57,902 nt of DNA from Moniliella sp. 'wahieum' (Eukaryota). Positions 50,820 through 57,902 of the stretch are shown here, piece by piece (within the stretch, counting starts at the first letter, position 1; each line of letters begins with the position of its first letter). The notes beneath the pieces were generated by a model, which was given only the letters and a program-made list of their open reading frames with translations, ran no database searches and was not told where the DNA came from. Location of the stretch: NCBI GenBank assembly GCA_003971905.1, contig RSEE01000085.1, forward strand, positions 248,001 through 305,902, given 5' to 3'. Position numbers and translations under genes: made by a program.

Positions 50820-51321
50820 TTCCTTCTGTTGATGCATGTTCTGATGTTACGGTATATAAGCAGCCCGGTCTCAGGCTTGCTGGCGGTGATCCTCACCGCC
50901 CCAACCTACGTCTTCCCCCCGACTTCCCTCTTCACTCTTCACCCTTAAGCTTACGAATTTACGACTTACGTCGACCACTCTGCAAGCCGCGGTTACTATA
51001 TCAATCGCTTGCTCTTCTTGAAGGCTCTATCTGTTTCCGCCCACTATATACTGCGTACCGATTGTGGTAACGCCACGAGGAACAGAGTAACTTCGGAGGT
51101 ACTGGACCCCTTTCAATTGGTCTCATGACCTACGTACACCGCTCCTACCTCGGCGGGTCTGAGCTGCGGCCTTTGCACGCAGGCAGCCACCCAAACTAGA
51201 GGGTCTCCCTTACCTCTACACACCCCCGGTTCAACCAGGATCTGAAGAAGGACCTAACGTACGTAACTCTAATGCCATGTCCAAGGGCTTTCACCCCTAA
51301 ATTCGGCCTCGCCCCATGACA
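50820..51321 (+). mobile_element. Solo-LTR-like repeat, copy A (left boundary uncertain)
   Basis: Shares ordered blocks (GTATATAAGCAGCC; GCTTACGAATTTACGACTTACGTCGACCAC; AAACTAGAGGGTCTC; GGTTCAACCAGGATCTGAAG) with the reverse complement of 56519..57040; TATA-like box and TGACA end. No TSD found. Confidence 0.6.
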
Positions 51322-52269
51322 TATGGCAATCTCTACTTTCGATATGGGAATAGGCAAAAGAAAATGCTAACAACCTAACCCTGCACGTGACGGGTGTGGG
51401 TGGGGCTGGCTACGCCAAAGATCGGGCATATGACAGAGTCGCGTCGACGCGTCCCTTCACTACCTTAAAAGGGGATCGATGGTGCAAAGAGTAACCGTGG
51501 AACAAGGCGGAGTGGTGGAACAAGGAGGCTGCGTATGCGCCGGCTTGAGGGTAGTAAAGTATCTGAAGCTTCCGGGGCTTCGGGACGGGGAGATGCAGCG
51601 GAGGACAAGCACTGCCAGGGCCGAGGCTGATGGGCAAAGGCGGCTGTCGATGGCATGGCTGTGAAAGGAACCCACGAGATACTGTGGTACGGGGAATCGA
51701 CGCAGCTGAAGGAAGGCTCGCCCGAATGGGCGGATGGAAAGCTAGAGGACGAGGTTGGATGAAGAAGTTGAGGCAGCTAAGTGGAGACGAAGGTTGCCTG
51801 TATTTTTATTCAATGAATTGTTGGCTGGAAACGGTCAGGAGTTGGAAAGGAAAGGCGGGAAGGGACGAGAATGGAAGGTAGGATAAAGGATCCCCACTGA
51901 TCGAGGATGATGACTGTTGGCTGACCCCTTTTTGGTAACCCCCTCCTGTCTAAAAGCCCCCCATCGCACTGGCATAGATTTTGACAAAGCGAAGCAGACG
52001 AAGCTGCGATAGAGTGCGACTTGGGAACACTCGCGATCCTATGGATCAACTGCAAAGCAGCCTTCAGACAAGGCGTGAAGGCACAGTGGTGAGCCACAAG
52101 TCTTCAAGAAACGCCTGAAGGGAAGGAGGCAGGAGAGAGAGAAGGGAGATGGAGCGAGCAGGGCGTGCGCGCCCTGTGAGCGGAACTCTTCTGCCCGGCC
52201 GGCTAAGCGAGCGTCACCGATCCACTGAGGGCCGTGCTGGAGAACCCTAGCCTCCAACAGAAGCAAGCG

Positions 52270-52320
52270 AAGGTTGCGAAGGCTGCGAAGACTGCGAAGA
52301 CTGCGAAGACTGCGAAGGCA
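52270..52320 (+). repeat. 9-bp tandem repeat (TGCGAAGAC/TGCGAAGGC) x ~5 just left of the duplication breakpoint
   Basis: Read directly. Confidence 0.85.
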
Positions 52321-53787
52321 CTAAGAATATCAGCCTATAGCACTTCCTCGTTCGGCTGATATGTTCTGACATGGGACACGCGACGGGCTGAACCTCAGCG
52401 CGTAGCCTGCTCTAGCAGGGTGTAGCAATTGGGCGCGAGGAAGACTGCACCGGGTAAACGTTGAGTACGTCACATCCGGTAGTGCATCAGCTGGGGCATG
52501 TGCGGCGTTGCACGGCCCGCACGGTCCACAGCGACCTGTCTACCCCGCAAGGCGGAGCGAACAGAGACACGTACTAACGACGCGCAGGTCGCAGCTACCG
52601 CTGGACGAGGGATACAGTGAATGTGCTGGCATCACGTAACGCGTAACGCGAACGCCCCCAACGCGTTGTTAACGACACAGTCGAATATTTCCAGCAAAAA
52701 AGCACTTGTTGCGTACTACACGTGTCGCTGGAACTGGCACACAGTGGCGTAGAGCTGGCCTCAGATATCCGACTCGCGCTGTTCGCCTACTCGTGCTCCT
52801 TGGTTCCTGCGGCGGGGGAGGGTGAGGTCACCGGCCACCAGGGCCCTCCCGCGCCACTTGCTCGCGGCCGCAGCCCGGATCCAAACAGCCGCTACCCTTG
52901 CGCCCAGTTCTATGACTGTTTTTCCGGCAGACGTCATCGATCCGTCATCTCATCGACGTCATCAATCATCGATCATCGACCATATGTCGACGAAGCTGTG
53001 GTCAGGTGGCGGGTGGGCGTTGGGCCATGCCAGTGCGAGGTCGATGAAGCCCCTGACATTCTGATCTACTCAGTACTCAGTACTCAAGTGTACTCAACGG
53101 CGTACTCACAGGAGGCAGGACATCGTACTCACAGTCTCAGACACCCAGCACTACCGTCAACGGTCAGGCTGACCCCTGAGCCTCAGGGCTCAGGTGACCG
53201 GCGAGGCTGAGGGCCTCCCCGATCACCGGTCCCCAGTTCACTTCGCGCTCAGTTGTCTCACACCCATGTCTCATTCAATCACCGGTCACCGGTCACCGAT
53301 CAAAGCTCACCCTGGTCACCGGTCACCGGTCACCAGGGCCGCTCGTCGCGCTGATGTCCCTTGCCCACAAGGACGAAGCAATGAAGATCGATTAATTTGG
53401 TGAGCCCACTCATTCGACCCCTGCTGGAAACCACTCGCCTGCAACGCCATATCAGACTGCGCCCATCACTGCATCACCCGTACCACGAAACGTGTGCACA
53501 CATGCCGAGCACAGAGAGATACCGTCCCAACTAAGTGATCTCCTCCCAACTCTCTCTTGTACGTTGTTGCCAAGCTCGGCGCCGTCCATCCAACTCCGAC
53601 GGCATCCCTCCTCAGCCCTCCTGCTCGCATAAATTCGGTGGGTGCCTCGCTGCTCTTCTCTACTCTCTGCCACCAACACCCCCGCCACATACCAGCCTAC
53701 CCTTCCCCTTCACCACCTTCAACAACCCTCGCATATCCCATCTCGTCACTCGCCTCTATACTAGGCTCACTACACTGCTGCTGCAAT

Positions 53788-56056
53788 ATGTTGCCCGACA
53801 AGAAGGTGTTCCCCCCCCCCCTCGCCCCCAGCCTAGGCGAGCCCCCACCAGCCTACACCCCCCATCAGCGCACCTTCCCCCACATCGCTGCCAGCGACAC
53901 CACGCAGACTGTCACGTCCGACGAGTGTGTCGCTCATTTGCGCTTGCTTGCTGTCTTTGCCGATTTGCGCGATTCGATTGCCCATATTGATGGTCTGTTT
54001 GGCCTGCGCGACGAGGACGTGTTGACTCACTTCCAGAAGGAGGAGGATCAAAGCAAGGGTCTGGCCCTGATGCGGGAAAAGCGCTGGTCCGTTTATGTGG
54101 CACGCGCCGCCGATCGGTTTGAGCAATTTTGGAAGACCTGCTTGCCATCCTCAGGCCCAGCGATCACCGTTGACCTGGTTGACTCGACCACAGGTTTGGC
54201 CGATGCGATGAAGAATACCAAGTCGCCTTCGGACCCACCGCTGTGGAGCAGGGAAAATCTGCCTCCGCTGGATGTGCTGATGGTCTGGCACGCATTTTGC
54301 CTCAACCCCACCAACTACCTCGAAGACTGTCTTCGTACGGGTCACATGCGGGTGTGGAATGTAGGCTTCCCCTGGGCCCTGATTGATGAGTGCATCAACG
54401 ACTCGCTCGATTACCTCCCCTCTGCCGAGGCTGCCGACGCGTTCCCCCGGGCCACCGGCCGTGCCTGGCGAAACCAAGAAGACCAGGGTGGGAAGAAGAT
54501 CAAGTGTCCCCGTTGCAAACGGGAAGAAGAGATTCCATGGGCCACTGGTGGTCCCTGGGAGAGCTGGCCAAGCCATGGTTTGACGCAAAGGACGGGTTTA
54601 CCGATACCAATTTAGCCACCGACTGTACCTCGTGCAAGTTTCACATCACGCACGATACGCTGCGTGTGGCCAAGTTCCGGTATGACTATAGCCAACTGGT
54701 AAGCAAGGATGTGGCTATGCCCGGTACCATTCTTTCCTACGATGGTCGTCCGCCCCAAAATCCGCTGCCGGTGATTAGCCAATCGTATGCGAGCCATTTT
54801 GTTACGCGGACTAGAGGTACTGCAAAGAAAGCTGAACTTTGATGCCAATCCGTACCTGACCATGCTGGAGGTGCGGGAGCAAATGGAGGTGATCTTTTCT
54901 AACCGGGTGATCGTACGAGCGGTTGGACGTTCCCAGCCAGTCAAACGAGAGGTGGCAGTAGCCCGACGTGTGGGGATTCGGGCAATGATGTCACGTTACT
55001 GGGAAAACTCGTCTCCGTTTGGGTTGGACTTGGTGGGGGCAGTGTTGCGCCAAGGCACATTTGTCCGCAAGATGGATGAGATTGATTGGTTGCATTCGCC
55101 GGCACTGGAGCACACCATGGCACGGTTGATCGCCAAGTATTCCATCTTTCTCGAAATCATGAAGAAATACCCTGGTTCCATGGCGGTGCCGACTTTGGAC
55201 GTGGATTTGGCCTGGCACACCCACCAACTCAGCCCGGCACGGTATTACTGTTACACGGTGCATCACATGAAGCGGATGATCAACCATGATGATAAGGTCG
55301 CCTCGGGTCGGTTGAGCGATGCATTTGAGCTCACATCCAAGCGCTATGCCAACTTGACCAATGGCCAGCCATACTCCGAGTGTACGTGCTGGTACTGCGA
55401 GGCGGTACGCGAAAGCCAAACCAACCGTGCGTCACCGGCGCTTTTGTTTTCCTCGTCCACTGCCTCCCAGGCACGGGTCAACGCGCGACGCCCTCCATTC
55501 TAACCCAACATCGACCACAACCATCCCGAGCGCAACGCCCACATTTCTGCCCACAATGCCTGCCCACCGAAGGGACCAGGCAGCGGTACGTGGCGAGGCA
55601 GTCCGGCACCGTCGTCTCGTCTCCAAGGCCGAAGCGGCACAACGGCGACTGCACAAACGGGGGCTTCTCACGGGCGATGTAGACGAGAACGTGCTCAAGC
55701 CAATTCGGAAGCGCCCACAATGGCATGGGGAGTCTATCCCGTCTACATGCCCTACTACGCTCCTTACTACCCAGATCCATGTATCACTGCCGGTTCCAAC
55801 TCGGGCATGTACGCAAGCAACCCAGCATGTGTCGCCATGGGCCCGGAAGTTTGGGAGCGTGCGTGGCTGGACCTGTGGCGACGCTGTGGCCGCAGGCTCC
55901 TGTGGTGCGAGTGGCTGCAGTGCCGTGGGCGGGTTTTCTTCGTGCTCCGCGGCTGGCGGGTGTGGGAGCGCGGGGGTGCCTGTGGGGAGGTGGTGGTTCC
56001 TGTGGAGGTGGTGGCGGAGCCGGTGGTTTTCGGTGGTGGTGTATGTGGAGGACTGA
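53788..56056 (+). CDS. DUF1399 / GRDP-like protein, copy 2 (frameshifted)
   Basis: Near-identical paralog of 45677..47935 with the same motifs. Confidence 0.85.
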
Positions 56057-56518
56057 GAGGGCATTGCAGGCGCATCATGCACAGTGGGAGCGCTGCTTTT
56101 CAGTTGTGTGCCCGCGTTCTTGTCTGAATGTCTATACCCTCACCACTTGAATGATGTGTACCACATGATGCCCTATTGAACCTACTAATACCCACACCCC
56201 CAATTGTTGAATGCTCATGGTGCTTTTGACCTTCTTGTTCCCATCCTTCCTCTCTGTATATCTGTATACTGATGGAGACTCCATAAATGCCCTCCCTCCA
56301 TTGTATATAATAAACCGCTCTCAGAAATGGTGCAAACCGGCGAAAACAAAGTGTATATAGAGGGTTTTAGGCCTTTGGGGACGCCTGAACATCCGGAAAG
56401 TTGATAGTTGCACTCAAGAGCCATTCTTCCCTCTGGTCAAGGCGACGCGCGAGTACTCCTACGTTACCAAGACGGTCAACAGGATTTGTAAGTGTTGGAA
56501 GCTTTATTAGTGACGAGT

Positions 56519-57040
56519 TGTCACATGCCATGGGGGAGTCCCGAGGTGGGACCCCCCCTGTAGTCTAGGGGTATAAGCCCTTGGACAGGCCAATTGGTGT
56601 TGTCTCGTACGTATTGGTCCTGCTTCAGATCCTGGTTGAACCGAGCGGGTGTAGAGGCGAGGAGAGACCCTCTAGTTTAGGTGGCTGTCTGCGTGAAAGC
56701 CACAGCTCAGACCCTCCGAGTAGGAGCCACGTACGTAGGTAGTCAGACCGGTTGAAGGGGTCCAGGAGACCGAAGGTACTCTGCTCCTCCTACGCTGTAG
56801 TAGGCGGAAACAGACAGAGTCCTAAAAAGAGCAGGCGCTACTGATGAGAGTAACCACACGGCTTGCAGAGTGTGGTCGACGTAAGTCGTAAATTCGTAAG
56901 CGTAAGGGTGGTAGAAAAGGTGAAAGGGCGAGAGAGGAACGGGTAGTCGGGGACGGAGATCAAAGCAGGCTGGTCGACAATGATTAATGACCACAGCTAG
57001 CAACCTTAGACATGGCTGCTTATATACAACAGAAGGAAGC
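56519..57040 (-). mobile_element. Solo-LTR-like repeat, copy B, inverted relative to copy A (insert may extend to ~57297)
   Basis: Diverged reverse-complement match to 50820..51321; ends in TGTGACA on the minus strand; sits exactly at the gap in the duplication. Confidence 0.6.
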
Positions 57041-57325
57041 AGGCCTCAAGTGCCTCATGACAGGTATAAACAGAATGCGTGCACTTTCCAGAGAGGTAAA
57101 GCTAATGCACGGCTTATGCTCTCAAAGGCGCTGACCCTGCGTTGTCGGGCGCAGCAGGAAGGGTTCGCCAAGACTGGGTGCAATGGGCACAAAAGAGTCG
57201 TACAGATGAGACCATGCGACCATGGCGGGCCGCGGATGATATCCGAACATGGGTAAGACGTCGAGTGCTCTCTCTCGCTAGTCCCTTCTCTTGCTAAACT
57301 GTTGTCTTTCTTGCTATACCTATAG

Positions 57326-57443
57326 GCTTTTGAAGGCCACAAGCCTGCCCGCTCTGCGGTTGGGGTTGCCCCCGTCTTCCCCTGGACGTTAGCATTGAGA
57401 TTGAGTGTGTCGCTGCGGTGGTCAAGGCCCGGGCAGTGCTTAA
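57326..57443 (+). pseudogene. Truncated RidA paralog (intron 3' end and exon 2 only)
   Basis: TATAG|GCTTTTGAAGGCCACAAGCCTGCCCGC...GCTTAA matches 49507..49623; exon 1 is absent. Confidence 0.85.
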
Positions 57444-57902
57444 GCGTTCAGGCGAACGCTTCTCATGCACCGCCTCTCTCCCCCGACCACACGTATTTCC
57501 CACATGCTTATTCCTTGTTCCTGACCTTTCTTGGTTTGGACGAACGGAGGAAAGCTGGATTGGTACGATCCCTCCACACTACATCTGCATCGCCATATTT
57601 TTGGGTTGATACATTGATGCCACTCCTGTGGTTGCTCCTGATGCATGATTCACAAAAGAGGTGGTGTAGGATGTCTTACTCTGGGTCGGAATTTGGTGGT
57701 GTGCGGCGTGGACAAAGCGGGATGGATCTATAGTTGGGTATGCGTGCTTACTACGTGGGAGAGATGACATAGACGAAAGCTGTCGTCCTCTGCTTGAGAG
57801 TGGTCTGGGCGTGCTATAGCGGGTATGGTGTGTGGCAGGTCATTCTCGGCGAAGCTTGTCAAGTACGGCTAAGGGACAATGATTAATGAATCCACTGCGC
57901 AG

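Larger units (their letters stand above)
52351..57784 (+). repeat. Segmental duplication, copy 2
   Basis: Collinear with 44134..49966 except that ~48366-49477 is replaced by 56505-57297. Confidence 0.9.

Overview
Eukaryotic, intron-containing fungal DNA (GT-AG introns with CTRAC branch points). The proteins read as basidiomycete-like, which is an inference. Nearly every long gene, including essential ones, is broken by single-base indels, which points to an unpolished long-read assembly rather than real pseudogenes, so gene boundaries are approximate. The first 18.6 kb is a compact housekeeping block: NUG1-like GTPase, RAD10/ERCC1, SLM1-like BAR-PH protein, EBP2, PRP24/SART3, AVT1-like transporter and RPL31. 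The rest is gene-sparse. It holds (i) an intron-containing Crypton-like tyrosine-recombinase-fold gene whose catalytic His and Tyr appear replaced, with long Pro/His-rich arms and a ~7.7 kb non-coding upstream region; (ii) a ~5 kb degenerate CACTA/CMC-like DNA transposon with TIRs and a 23-bp subterminal array; (iii) an HCS1/IGHMBP2-like SF1 helicase; and (iv) a ~5.5-5.8 kb tandem duplication carrying a DUF1399/GRDP gene, tRNA-Arg(ACG) and a RidA gene, whose second copy lost the tRNA and RidA exon 1 at an LTR-like insertion. The most notable observations are the apparently domesticated recombinase, a pervasive 7-bp-period palindromic microrepeat grammar, (A-x-y-y'-x'-T-N)n, in non-coding DNA, and a Rad10/ERCC1 carrying two C-terminal UIM-like motifs.
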